A stretch of 64,000 nucleotides of DNA from an uncultured delta proteobacterium (GTDB lineage: Bacteria > Desulfobacterota > Binatia > UBA9968). The position numbers were made by a program, and so were the translations under genes. The notes under the pieces were generated by a model. The model saw only the letters and a program-made list of their open reading frames with translations. It did not search any database and was not told where the DNA came from. The number at the start of each line of letters is the position of its first letter. Position 1 is the stretch's first letter. Shown here piece by piece: positions 39,843 through 49,353 of this stretch. The stretch covers positions 1-64,000 of the forward strand of contig CAVYTU010000010.1 in assembly GCA_963771465.1 (NCBI GenBank). The letters are read 5' to 3'.

Positions 39843-40841
39843 GTGATGAAACGTATCAATCGCAACTCTGTCTTGATGCTCTTTTCGTGTCTCGCCACGT
39901 TACTTTCTTGGCGCGTGGCTTTCGCACAACAGCACACGCTTGCCTTTAGCTCCGTCGATTCGCCCAATGCCAATTGGTATATCGCCAAAGAGCGGCAGCT
40001 CTACAAAAAATATGGGCTCGATGTCGAATTGATTTTTATTCCTTCTTCGACGACTACGATTTCCGCGGTGGTCGCCGGGTCGGTTGCCGTCGGCAATATT
40101 TCCGGCGGGGCGACCGCGAATGCTGCCGTCGGTGGCGCGGGCGTGGTGGCCGTGGGCTGCTTTATCAACACCTTGCCCTACGACCTTGTCGTCCATGAAT
40201 CCATACGATCGGCGCAGCAGCTCAAGGGTAAGAGCATCGGCATCAGCCGCGTGGGGAGCTCCTCCGATGTGGCGGCGCGGGTGTTTCTCAAAGAGTTGAA
40301 GCTCGAGCCGGACAAAGACGTGGCGATTCTCCAAGTCGGCGGGTCGACCGAAAGAGCGGCCGCCTTTCGCACCGGACGCATCGTCGCGTTTCCCGCGCCG
40401 CCGGGTGTGATCCATCTCACGCACGGCATGCCACACCGAATTCTCGCCAGTACGGCTGATTTCCCCAAAGGGTTTCCTTTCCCCTATGTCTGTCCGACGG
40501 CGTCCAAGAGCTTTGTGAAAAGCAATCGTGACACGATGAAGCGACTCTTGATGGCGCTGATCGACGCGACGCATTTCTTCAAAACGCGCAAAGAGGAAAG
40601 CAAAAAGATCATGGCGAAATATACGCGCCACAACAATGAAGCATTTTTAGAAAGCGCTTATCAGAGCAGCAACAAGCTCTTCGAGCAAATGCCGCTGGTA
40701 AATCGCGAGGGTATGGACGTGCAAGTAAAGGACGCGGTGTCGCGCAAACCCGGCAGCACGTTTAAAGTCGACGATGTCGTGGACGACACTTTAGTGTTGG
40801 AGCTGGAAAAGGAAGGCTTCATCAGCCGTATTTACAAATAA
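39843..40841 (+). CDS. ABC substrate-binding protein, NMT1/THI5-like
   Basis: GAGGAGG SD; KKYGLDVEL, LKGKSIG, EPDKDV. Confidence 0.88.
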   Translation: MMKRINRNSVLMLFSCLATLLSWRVAFAQQHTLAFSSVDSPNANWYIAKERQLYKKYGLDVELIFIPSSTTTISAVVAGSVAVGNISGGATANAAVGGAGVVAVGCFINTLPYDLVVHESIRSAQQLKGKSIGISRVGSSSDVAARVFLKELKLEPDKDVAILQVGGSTERAAAFRTGRIVAFPAPPGVIHLTHGMPHRILASTADFPKGFPFPYVCPTASKSFVKSNRDTMKRLLMALIDATHFFKTRKEESKKIMAKYTRHNNEAFLESAYQSSNKLFEQMPLVNREGMDVQVKDAVSRKPGSTFKVDDVVDDTLVLELEKEGFISRIYK

Positions 40842-40914
40842 CGTCGCTTGCCTGCCCTTGCCAGCTGATTGCTGTCGTAGGAAAATATCCGCTATCGACT
40901 TAGGCATCGAACAC

Positions 40915-41310
40915 ATGGAGCAAAAGTATTTTTTCGGTTTGCTAGTTATCCTCGGGGCCGTCGCCTTCCGCATCGTCATGCACTTCGTCGACAAGGGCCG
41001 TATCAAAGAAGAAGTCGAGACGCGGCTCGGCCGGGTTGTGTCGATTACGTGGAATCCGTTCGGGCGTGGTTGGTTTTTCGAAAAAAGCGAGCGCCATTAC
41101 GACGTGACGTATATCGACCGTTCCGGCGAGACGATCTCGACTAGCTGCAAGACGAGTTTTTTTACCGGAGTGTATTGGGCGGAAGGGCCGGGCGTGACTG
41201 AAACTCCGCCACGTTTCATCTCGCGCCATCTGTGTGGCAAGTGTGGTTACGCCCTCAAGACGGATTGGCGCGCCTGTCCAAACTGCGGCAAGACCACTGA
41301 GTTCGCATGA
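40915..41310 (+). CDS. Membrane-anchored protein with C-terminal zinc ribbon
   Basis: N-terminal TM; CGKCG...CPNCG. Confidence 0.75.
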   Translation: MEQKYFFGLLVILGAVAFRIVMHFVDKGRIKEEVETRLGRVVSITWNPFGRGWFFEKSERHYDVTYIDRSGETISTSCKTSFFTGVYWAEGPGVTETPPRFISRHLCGKCGYALKTDWRACPNCGKTTEFA

Positions 41311-41924
41311 TAATCAAGCACGACAAAGTTCTTGTCATTCGAATAGTCTGTGCGGTTTTTCTCATCGTTCAGCTCGTCGGCTGCGCCGGGAGCCCGCAAA
41401 CGGGCGGAATCGAGAAACTTAGCTCGGCGCGGCTGGTGTTTTTGGCGCGCCACACCGAGCGTGAGTGGGAAGGCGAAGATCCGCCGCTGACTCGCATTGG
41501 CGAGGCGCGCGCGCAGGCGCTCGCTGCCGCGCTGCGCGACGCGGGCGTCACGGCGATTATCACGACGCAGTGGCAACGCACGCGTGACACGGCCAAACCG
41601 CTGGCGACTATTCTAAGAATAACTCCCGAAGTCGTGCCGGTGTATGAGGGGAAGGCGGGGGAGAATTCGCTAGCGGTCGCTAATGCGGTGCGCCGCCACA
41701 GGGATGAAGTTGTCTTAGTGGTCGGCCACATCACGGTGACCGGTGTTATCGCCGCACTCGGCGGGCCACGCTTGCCGACGATCTGCGATAATGTTTTTTC
41801 CGATCTGTTTATGTTTGATCCATCGGCCGGCGACGGCGGACTGTTGCATTTGCACTACGGCGCCGTCGAAGATATCTCACCGCAGTGCCGATTGACTGCG
41901 CCGCTTCGTGAAAACCGTGACTAG
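41307..41924 (+). CDS. Histidine phosphatase (SixA/PGM-like) lipoprotein
   Basis: Lipobox LVGC; LARHTE, LT..G..RA, RTRDTA, VLVVGH. Confidence 0.85.
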   Translation: MIIKHDKVLVIRIVCAVFLIVQLVGCAGSPQTGGIEKLSSARLVFLARHTEREWEGEDPPLTRIGEARAQALAAALRDAGVTAIITTQWQRTRDTAKPLATILRITPEVVPVYEGKAGENSLAVANAVRRHRDEVVLVVGHITVTGVIAALGGPRLPTICDNVFSDLFMFDPSAGDGGLLHLHYGAVEDISPQCRLTAPLRENRD

Positions 41925-41936
41925 ATTTCATTTCAA

Positions 41937-42175
41937 CTCGGATTCCGTAGTTGAAATTGAAGCAGCGAGCGAGGCGCGATCCTTCCGTAGTGAAGACAAT
42001 GGGCCTGTGCCCCTGAGCAGGCAAGCGCCATCGTTGCCCAGCGAGCAATCCGTAGCCATTGGCACGGCATGCCAACCCGGCAAATTGACTTTGCAACCGT
42101 AGCGTTGGGTGTCTTCACTACTCCAGGCTCGCACCTCGCTCGGCGCACGCAATTACTTCGACTGCGGAATCCGGG
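41937..42175. mobile_element. MITE-like element, copy 1 (239 bp)
   Basis: Imperfect terminal inverted repeats of about 65 bp (CTCGGATTCCG...GTAGTGAAGACA / CCCGGATTCCG...GTAGTGAAGACA); TTCAA on both flanks. Confidence 0.75.
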
Positions 42176-42232
42176 TTCAACACGGCGAAGAGAACATTCA
42201 TTATGATTCGCTCGTTGTCGTGAGGAGAACGT

Positions 42233-43570
42233 TCAGGTCGGCATCATTTCAACATCAATCGCCGCGCCGATTCCTGACTGCCAGCGGTAGACGACTAGGC
42301 CCAGCGCAATTCCAGTCAGGCTGAGGTAGCGAGTCGCGTCATTAGACAGTGCGATGCTGATTAGACAGAGCGCTACCGGCGGCAGGCTGATCGCGATTAC
42401 GCCTGCCATACCCAACGGGATGCGATAGGGGCGCGCCATTTCAGGGCGCTTGATCCGGAGCCACACCAGGGCGGCAAATTCGAGTATCAGCGCGGCAGCG
42501 TAGAGAAACATGTCGACCTCAATCAAATCCTGGAAAGAAAATGGAATGAGCGCGGCGACACCGATGCTATTCACCAAGATCGCTTTCCAGGGCGTGGCAA
42601 ACTGAGGATGACGAACCGCGAGCGCGCGCGGCAGCATGGCGCGCTCGGCCATGGCGAAGGGCACGCGCGCGGAAGTGCACAAGAGCGCGTTCAACAATCC
42701 CGCGGCGCTGACCAAACCCGCCAAAGTTAACGCGCTGCCTAACCAGGGGCCGCCGATCAGCGCGGCGACTTTCGGGAAATCGCCTTCTTTCCACAATGAT
42801 GAATTCGGATCGATGCCGACGCCGACGGCCACCGGTAGCAAGTAAGACGCCGTCACGAGCAGCACGGTGTAAATCATCGCGCGCGGATAAACGCGACTCG
42901 GGGTTGCCACCTCGCCGGCGCAACAACCTGCGTTGTCCCAGCCCGACGTGTTCCAAAGCAACGCGCTCAGCAGCAACGGCCAGCTGATATCTTTGCTGTG
43001 CTTCAACCACAGCGTCGGCTCGACTTGCGGCGCGCCGAGAACGACCATCGCGGCGAAGGGCGCGAGCACGAGTACGGTGAAGACGACCGAGCTTAAGCCG
43101 ACGAGACGGGTGCCGCGAATGTTGAGCCAAGTGATGGCGCCGATGAGCGCGGCACCTATGAGCCAGCGTTCGAGTGGCGCCATGTCGCCGCGCAGATAGG
43201 CGAGATAGTCGACAAACATCACGGGATAAAGCGCATTGTCGGCGAAGCTACAGAGCCAGCTCAACCAGCCTTCTTGAAAACCCCAGAATCGGCCGAACGC
43301 TTTCTCGACCCAGACGACGTAGCCGCCGTCCTCGGGCATCGCCGTTGATAGCTCGGCGGTCATCAGTGCCGTCGGTAAACTCCAGAGCCACGGCAGGATC
43401 AAAATTCCCAACAAGACGATTAGCGGGCCGCCGGCGCCGACCGCATCTTCCAGGCCGTACGCGCCGCCGGCGACGCAGAAAAACGTTAGGCCGACCAATG
43501 CGCGCAGATTGAGAGTGCGCGGCAGCGGCCGGGCTGACAATTCTCTGTTGTGCAATGTCGCAGTTGTCAC
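42233..43570 (-). CDS. APC family permease, polyamine:H+ symporter-like
   Basis: About 12 TM helices; GGAYGLED, AELST.MP..GG, WNTSGWD, RPYRIP. Confidence 0.88.
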   Translation of the reverse strand: MTTATLHNRELSARPLPRTLNLRALVGLTFFCVAGGAYGLEDAVGAGGPLIVLLGILILPWLWSLPTALMTAELSTAMPEDGGYVVWVEKAFGRFWGFQEGWLSWLCSFADNALYPVMFVDYLAYLRGDMAPLERWLIGAALIGAITWLNIRGTRLVGLSSVVFTVLVLAPFAAMVVLGAPQVEPTLWLKHSKDISWPLLLSALLWNTSGWDNAGCCAGEVATPSRVYPRAMIYTVLLVTASYLLPVAVGVGIDPNSSLWKEGDFPKVAALIGGPWLGSALTLAGLVSAAGLLNALLCTSARVPFAMAERAMLPRALAVRHPQFATPWKAILVNSIGVAALIPFSFQDLIEVDMFLYAAALILEFAALVWLRIKRPEMARPYRIPLGMAGVIAISLPPVALCLISIALSNDATRYLSLTGIALGLVVYRWQSGIGAAIDVEMMPT

Positions 43571-43746
43571 GTGATCGTTGCGTCGCTCTCGATGGCGACT
43601 TCGGCGGAGAATAGCGATCGGATGTCGACGTTGTCAATCGATTCGATGGAGCAGCTTGATTGCGCGCGAATTGCTTTGTCGGCGCGGCGCAAAGCTGATA
43701 AGGTTTTCCATCGATTCCGAATCGACCAACTCGACAGCAAACTGCT

Positions 43747-45114
43747 ATGAGCCCATCGGCCCCATCGCGAAAACCAACGATTCAACAGATGCGCAACCGT
43801 GTTTTCGAACGGGTGTTGGATCAGGAGCTATCCGAACTCACGCACTGGAGACGGTTAATCCATTCGTCGCTCAAAATCGCCGTGATGGTCGGGCGCGATT
43901 TCATCCAAAATTTGGTCAAACTTCAGGCGATGGCGTTGGCGTTCAAGACACTGCTCTCATTGGCGCCGCTATTAGCCGTTATTTTCTCGCTGCTCAAAGC
44001 CTTCGGTGTGCATAATCGAATGGAGCCGGCGCTCGCGGAAGCGTTGGCGCCGCTCGGCGACAAGGGCAGAGAGATCACCGTCTATTTAATCGGCTTCGTT
44101 GACAAGATGAGCGCCGGCGCGCTCGGCAGCGTCGGTCTCGTCACGCTGTTCATCACCGTACTGTCGCTGATGGGCAGCATCGAGGAAGCGTTCAACTATA
44201 TCTGGCGGGTCAAGTCGCCGCGCAAATTGGCGCGCCGATTCAGCGATTATCTGAGCGCGATCCTGGTCGGTCCGGTGTTGGTGTTCGCCGCAGTGACGAT
44301 CACCGCGACATTGCAAAACAGTGCCTTCGTCAAGTCGCTGCTCGCGCTGCAAGCGCTCGGCGTGGTGCTGCTCTTTTTACTGCGCCTGGTGCCCTATCTC
44401 ACGCTTTGGGGCGCTTTCACATTCGTCTATATATTTATCCCCAACACGCGGGTCAGAGTGCGCTCGGCGTTGATCGGCGGCTTGATCGCGGCGATTCTTT
44501 GGCAGACGGTCGGGTGGGGCTTCGCCAGATTCGTCGCGTCTTCGACCCAGTACTATGCGATCTATTCGAGTTTCGCGATTCTCCTGCTCTTCCTACTTTG
44601 GCTCCACATCGGTTGGCTGATCGTCTTGCTCGGCGCCCAAGTGACTTACGCGCATCAGCATATTCACTTCTTCCGAGGCGACCGCCAGCTGCTGGCGCAG
44701 AGCGCGGCGGGCCGGGAGCGGTTGGCGCTGCACATGATGCTCTTAGTCGGGCGCAACTTTTATCATGGCTTCGATCCGATGACGGTGACCGACATGGCGG
44801 CGCACCTGCAGATACCCGCGGGTGTGGTCAAGGAGTTTATGGATATGTTCGCCGAGACCCGGCTGGTATTGCCGGTGGTCGACGGCGAGACCTACGTGCT
44901 CGCACGTGATCCCGAGACCATCGGCATCAAAGAAATCCTCGATTGCGTGCGAAACTCCGGCAGGAAAACGCGCGTGCGCACCGATCTCAGCGAAGAGGAA
45001 AGTGAGATCAACGCGTTGCTGACCGGCGTCGAAGATGCCACGGCGAAAACATTGGCTGGCAAAAGTTTACAAGCGATGATTCTACGGCTGACGCCGCCCG
45101 AGGCGCGGGAGTAG
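43747..45114 (+). CDS. YihY/BrkB family membrane protein with C-terminal Rrf2-like winged helix
   Basis: LAFKTLLSLAP, IEEAFN.IW, IPNTRV, IYSSFA; C-terminal YVLARDP..I. Confidence 0.87.
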   Translation: MSPSAPSRKPTIQQMRNRVFERVLDQELSELTHWRRLIHSSLKIAVMVGRDFIQNLVKLQAMALAFKTLLSLAPLLAVIFSLLKAFGVHNRMEPALAEALAPLGDKGREITVYLIGFVDKMSAGALGSVGLVTLFITVLSLMGSIEEAFNYIWRVKSPRKLARRFSDYLSAILVGPVLVFAAVTITATLQNSAFVKSLLALQALGVVLLFLLRLVPYLTLWGAFTFVYIFIPNTRVRVRSALIGGLIAAILWQTVGWGFARFVASSTQYYAIYSSFAILLLFLLWLHIGWLIVLLGAQVTYAHQHIHFFRGDRQLLAQSAAGRERLALHMMLLVGRNFYHGFDPMTVTDMAAHLQIPAGVVKEFMDMFAETRLVLPVVDGETYVLARDPETIGIKEILDCVRNSGRKTRVRTDLSEEESEINALLTGVEDATAKTLAGKSLQAMILRLTPPEARE

Positions 45115-45148
45115 CGCGGCAACTGGCAGGGGATGTGTGAAAGACGGT

Positions 45149-46723
45149 TTACCGCCCGCGAAACAGATTTTTGAAAAACGAGCTGAAGTTTTTTTCGACC
45201 GCTTTTGGCAGGGCGGATTCGGCGAGCTTTTCGCTGTTGAGATTTACCGCGGGGTTTTCCACTGGGCCGGTGACTCGGAGCGGTACGACGACTCTTCCTT
45301 GATTATCTTTCAAAAACGCCGCCGCGCGAGCACGGCCAGTGCGTGCTGAGGCTTGCGATGAAAGCGCGGTTTGTAGTGCGATATTGAGCGTCGGCTGGTC
45401 GATGCTCATGGTGCCTTTGCCGTTCACTACCATCTGCGGATTGATCAAATAGAGCCGAGAGAAGTCCACGTAGCCGCCGCCGATGGTGAATTCCGCCTCC
45501 ATGGTTTGAAAAGTCGTGGCCTGGCGTCGCTCGTCCTTCGACAGGCCAATCATACCGGTGACGCGCTGAATTTTATTGATCAGGTCGACGTTGGTGAGTT
45601 CGCCGTCGCGGGCGACGAGTTTGCCGTTGCCTTGCAAACGGCGCGAAACCGCGCCGCCGCCGAGCGGCAATCTGAGGTTGACCTCGCCGTTAAGCGTTCC
45701 TTTGATGGCGCGCTTACCGTGCACTTTGACGTCGCGGAACAGACCGCGTACCTGGGTGACCAGCGCGTTGGACGGGCCGTTGACGGTCATGATCAAACTC
45801 ATCGGACCGCTGATCTCGGTGTCGCGCGGCGCGAGGCCGAAGACCGAAAAGATTTGAAAAATCGGTTTGGCATCGACCTTGTCCGCGGCAAGATTGAGAT
45901 TGACCCGAGGTGTGGTCGAGAGATTGCTCACGCTACCTTGCACGGGAAAAGTCAGATCTTGAATCTTCAAACGATTGTTTTTGAGCTCGAGCAACGCCTT
46001 TTCTTCCTGGTAGTTGAGCTGGCCTTCCAACACGACCGTTTTTAAGCCGGGATAGGTGAATGCAATGCGAAAGGGGAACGGTGCCGTTTCGCTAAATTCT
46101 TGGAACGAAAGATCGATGCCTTTGATATTGACCGGCATCAATCCTTTAGTAATGAGATTGAGCTGGCCTTCATTGACGCGCACTCGGTTTGGCAGAGCGA
46201 GAGGCGGCGGCGCTTCCAGCGATTTTACCCCGTCGGTTTTTTTCCGCGGGTCGCGTCGGTTGTTGGCCGGAGTCTTCCCCCTGTTGCCTATGTCGGAATA
46301 ATTAAATGAACCATCGGCTTGCTTGAGCAAATTGAAAATCGGTTTTTCCAGCACCAGTTCGGTGACCTCGAAACGACCGCGCAGCAACGGCAAGAACCTC
46401 AGCTTTAGCTGGACTTGCTCTGCCGTGAAGAAAGTATTGTCGGCGAAAGCGACACTATCGGAGACTTTGAGCTTGGACATGCGGATCGATGGTGTCGGTA
46501 ATAGGCTTAGATGAACCTCGCCGACATCGATACGGCGGTTAAGGGCGTCTTCGAGCAGCGGTAAATAGGTGCGTTTGAACAAACCGAGATCGATGAATTG
46601 CGGCACGATGAGAATCAGCGCCAGCAAGCAGCCGAACACGCCCAGACCGATCCAAGCCGCTTTCTTGATTTTGAAGCGCCGCGATGGGGCGGCTAACACC
46701 GGCGATGATACTGCTTCAGACAT
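45149..46723 (-). CDS. AsmA family protein
   Basis: N-terminal anchor; LSLLPTP, PLLRG, G.FNYSD, VPLRVTG..NP. Confidence 0.85.
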   Translation of the reverse strand: MSEAVSSPVLAAPSRRFKIKKAAWIGLGVFGCLLALILIVPQFIDLGLFKRTYLPLLEDALNRRIDVGEVHLSLLPTPSIRMSKLKVSDSVAFADNTFFTAEQVQLKLRFLPLLRGRFEVTELVLEKPIFNLLKQADGSFNYSDIGNRGKTPANNRRDPRKKTDGVKSLEAPPPLALPNRVRVNEGQLNLITKGLMPVNIKGIDLSFQEFSETAPFPFRIAFTYPGLKTVVLEGQLNYQEEKALLELKNNRLKIQDLTFPVQGSVSNLSTTPRVNLNLAADKVDAKPIFQIFSVFGLAPRDTEISGPMSLIMTVNGPSNALVTQVRGLFRDVKVHGKRAIKGTLNGEVNLRLPLGGGAVSRRLQGNGKLVARDGELTNVDLINKIQRVTGMIGLSKDERRQATTFQTMEAEFTIGGGYVDFSRLYLINPQMVVNGKGTMSIDQPTLNIALQTALSSQASARTGRARAAAFLKDNQGRVVVPLRVTGPVENPAVNLNSEKLAESALPKAVEKNFSSFFKNLFRGR

Positions 46724-46879
46724 TGTGCCAACCTGGTATCTTGATATTATACGGCATCGTCCGGGGTTTCCATATAACGAAGGGCGCCGAATGTCGACTC
46801 GAAAAAGGTCGGCGACTGCCTCCCGCCCAAAGCGTTTCCAGAGAGCTATTAGTAGCCACGGCATGAACTTTTTGTTAGC

Positions 46880-47875
46880 ATGCCGTCCCTGAAGGGCTTC
46901 ACCGGCTTGGATATCGCACTGGAAATTCTCCCGCAGGTTTTGCTTGACGGCATCGTTCTCGGCTTCATGTATGCTCTGATCGCTTTAGGCTACACGATGG
47001 TCTACGGCGTTTTGGAGTTTATTAACTTCGCCCATAGCGAGATTTTTGTTCTTGGCGCGTTCGTCGGCGTTGAGGTTTTGTTGCTGCTTGAGAGCGCCGG
47101 CCAGCTCGCGACGCTGCATCCGGCAGCGATTCTCTTATTGGTGATCGTCACCGGTATGGTCATCAGCGGCTTGGCGGCCATGGCGCTCGAACGCATCGCT
47201 TACCGGCCGCTGATGGGCGGGCCGAGATTGGTCGCGCTGATCTCGGCGATCGGCGCGTCGTTTTTTCTCCAAGACGGTTTGCGCCTGTTCGAAAGTTTGT
47301 GGCGCAACACGTTCTATCTCAACTATCCGAGCCTGGAGTTTCTCGACAAAAATATCCCGATCACGGCCGCGCTCGTGATTCCGGTCAAATCGCTGCTGGT
47401 GATCATCACCGCACTGCTCACCTTGATCGGGCTCCACATCTTCGTCAACAAAACCAAAATGGGTACGGCGATTCGCGCCGTGGCGCAGGACCCCGACACC
47501 GCGTCGCTGATGGGTGTGCCGGTCAATCGCGTCATCGCTTTGACTTTTTTCGTCGGCGGCGCGCTGGGCGGCTTGGCCGGCGTGCTTTTCGGCATTCACT
47601 ACAGCCTGGTCAATCCCTACAGCGGCTTTGTCCCCGGCATAAAAGCGTTCACCGCCGCGGTGCTCGGCGGCATCGGCAACATCCCCGGCGCCATGGTGGG
47701 CGGTATGCTGCTCGGTCTGCTCGAAGCGTTCGCGGCGTCTTATCTTTCACTGATGACCGACGGCGCCTTTGGCGCCGAGTACAAAGATGTCGTCGCATTC
47801 TTGGTGCTGATTCTGATTCTGATCTTTCGCCCCAAGGGGCTGCTCGGCGAGACGGTTCGGGAGAGCAAGGCATGA
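46880..47875 (+). CDS. livH: Branched-chain amino acid ABC permease
   Basis: YALIALGYTMVYG..INFAH, KAFTAAVLGGIG. Confidence 0.93.
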   Translation: MPSLKGFTGLDIALEILPQVLLDGIVLGFMYALIALGYTMVYGVLEFINFAHSEIFVLGAFVGVEVLLLLESAGQLATLHPAAILLLVIVTGMVISGLAAMALERIAYRPLMGGPRLVALISAIGASFFLQDGLRLFESLWRNTFYLNYPSLEFLDKNIPITAALVIPVKSLLVIITALLTLIGLHIFVNKTKMGTAIRAVAQDPDTASLMGVPVNRVIALTFFVGGALGGLAGVLFGIHYSLVNPYSGFVPGIKAFTAAVLGGIGNIPGAMVGGMLLGLLEAFAASYLSLMTDGAFGAEYKDVVAFLVLILILIFRPKGLLGETVRESKA

Positions 47876-49119
47876 GCCAACCGTTGGTGATCATCGGTTT
47901 TTGCGTTTATGTCGCCGGGAGTTGTCTGCTCGCCTATTTCTTCCCGCAATCGGTATTGGCCTTTTTGTTGGTGGAAGGATCGCTGCTGCTGCTCTATTAC
48001 GCGCCGGCGAGCGACATGGCGAAAACCATTCTCGGTTCGTTGGTGTTGCTGGTGCTGTTGCCGCTGCTCGGCTCGGTGAACGCCTATTATCTAGAGATCG
48101 CCGTTCAGATCGGCATCTTCATCGCCTTGGCACTGGGCCTCAACATCGTCGTCGGCTTCGTCGGTCTTCTGAATCTCGGCTTCGTTGCCTTCTTCGCCAT
48201 TGGCGCCTATCTTTGGGCGGTCTTCGGCTCGCCCCATGCGAATCAATTCATCCCCGGCGGTTTCTTCCCGCTCTCGCCCAATTGGTTTTTTGTCTTTTTG
48301 ATTCTCAGCATCGTTGTCGGCGCGTTAACCGGCGCTTTGTTGGGTTTGCCGGTGTTACGTCTGCGCGGCGATTATCTCGCCATCGTCACCCTCGGTTTTG
48401 CCGAAGTAGTGCGCGCGCTGGTGAACAATCTCGATAAGCCGATTAATTTAACCAACGGGCCGCGCGGCATCGCACCGATCGGTAAGCCGCCGTTGTTCTT
48501 CAAGCCATGGTTGGAATTCTTCGGCCTCGAAATCGCCGACGCGAAGCTTTACTCGCTCTATTTTTATTTTCTCGTGCTGTTGATTGTCTTTGTGATCATT
48601 GTAGTGACGCGGCGCCTGGAGAACTCACGCATCGGCCGGGCCTGGAAAGCGATACGCGAAGACGAGATCGCCGCCGTCGCCATGGGCGTGCCGGTGGTAC
48701 GAATGAAACTATTGGGCTTTGCCGTCGGGGCGTCGTTCGCTTGCGCCGTCGGCGTTTTGTTTGCCGCCAAGCAGGTGTTCATCAATCCCGAGAGTTTTAC
48801 TTTCATGGAATCCATCGGCGTGCTCGCCATGGTCATCCTCGGTGGCATGGGCTCGATCCCCGGCGCCATCCTGGGCGCCACCGGCGTGACGATTCTGAAC
48901 CTACAACTGCTCAAAGGTTTGTCTTTGTGGCTGAACGGACTGCGCCAATCCGGCGCCGTGCTATCGCTGCCGTTGCTGGGCGATCTCTCGCTCGCCAACC
49001 TGCCGGCACAGTTCGAACCGGCGAAGTACGAGCGCATGGTGTTCGGCTTAATTCTTATTCTCATGATGATCTTTCGCCCGCAGGGAGTTTTGCCGTCGAA
49101 GCAGGAGCGGCAGAAATAG
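47872..49119 (+). CDS. livM: Branched-chain amino acid ABC permease
   Basis: ATGA overlap with livH; LGLNIVVG, LRLRGDYLAIVTLGF, AIREDE. Confidence 0.93.
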   Translation: MSQPLVIIGFCVYVAGSCLLAYFFPQSVLAFLLVEGSLLLLYYAPASDMAKTILGSLVLLVLLPLLGSVNAYYLEIAVQIGIFIALALGLNIVVGFVGLLNLGFVAFFAIGAYLWAVFGSPHANQFIPGGFFPLSPNWFFVFLILSIVVGALTGALLGLPVLRLRGDYLAIVTLGFAEVVRALVNNLDKPINLTNGPRGIAPIGKPPLFFKPWLEFFGLEIADAKLYSLYFYFLVLLIVFVIIVVTRRLENSRIGRAWKAIREDEIAAVAMGVPVVRMKLLGFAVGASFACAVGVLFAAKQVFINPESFTFMESIGVLAMVILGGMGSIPGAILGATGVTILNLQLLKGLSLWLNGLRQSGAVLSLPLLGDLSLANLPAQFEPAKYERMVFGLILILMMIFRPQGVLPSKQERQK

Positions 49120-49120
49120 A

Positions 49121-49286
49121 AAATGAAAACTCGAAATTCGAAGCACTAAATCCGAAACAAATTCAAATGACCAAAATACACAATGTTACCAACATTCGCA
49201 CTACCATTTTGGAATTGCTCGGGTTTTGTCTTATTTGGCGGCGGTTTGTTTCGAATTTCGATATTCGAATTTCGGATTTAGTTTTA
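49121..49286. repeat. Long imperfect hairpin built from CGAAATT/CGAATTT heptamers
   Basis: Left arm CGAAATTCGAAGCACTAAATCCGAAACAAA; right arm TTTGTTTCGAATTTCGATATTCGAATTTCGGATTTAG. Confidence 0.75.
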
Positions 49287-49353
49287 GTACGTCTTGGCGC
49301 GATAAATGTTCTTGGAGTCATGCGGTTCAATCTTGCAAAAGTAGGTAGCTAAA

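Noticed and set aside
41809-42324. Short ORFs across MITE copy 1 as a possible transposase or toxin
   Set aside because: No SD, no DDE or HUH motif; explained by the inverted-repeat element
43567-43785. 72-aa ORF upstream of the APC permease
   Set aside because: Overlaps the divergent YihY start, no SD or motif; probably promoter DNA
47299-47871. Long N-terminal extension of the livM ORF
   Set aside because: Out-of-frame overlap with livH; the real start is the ATGA overlap at 47872
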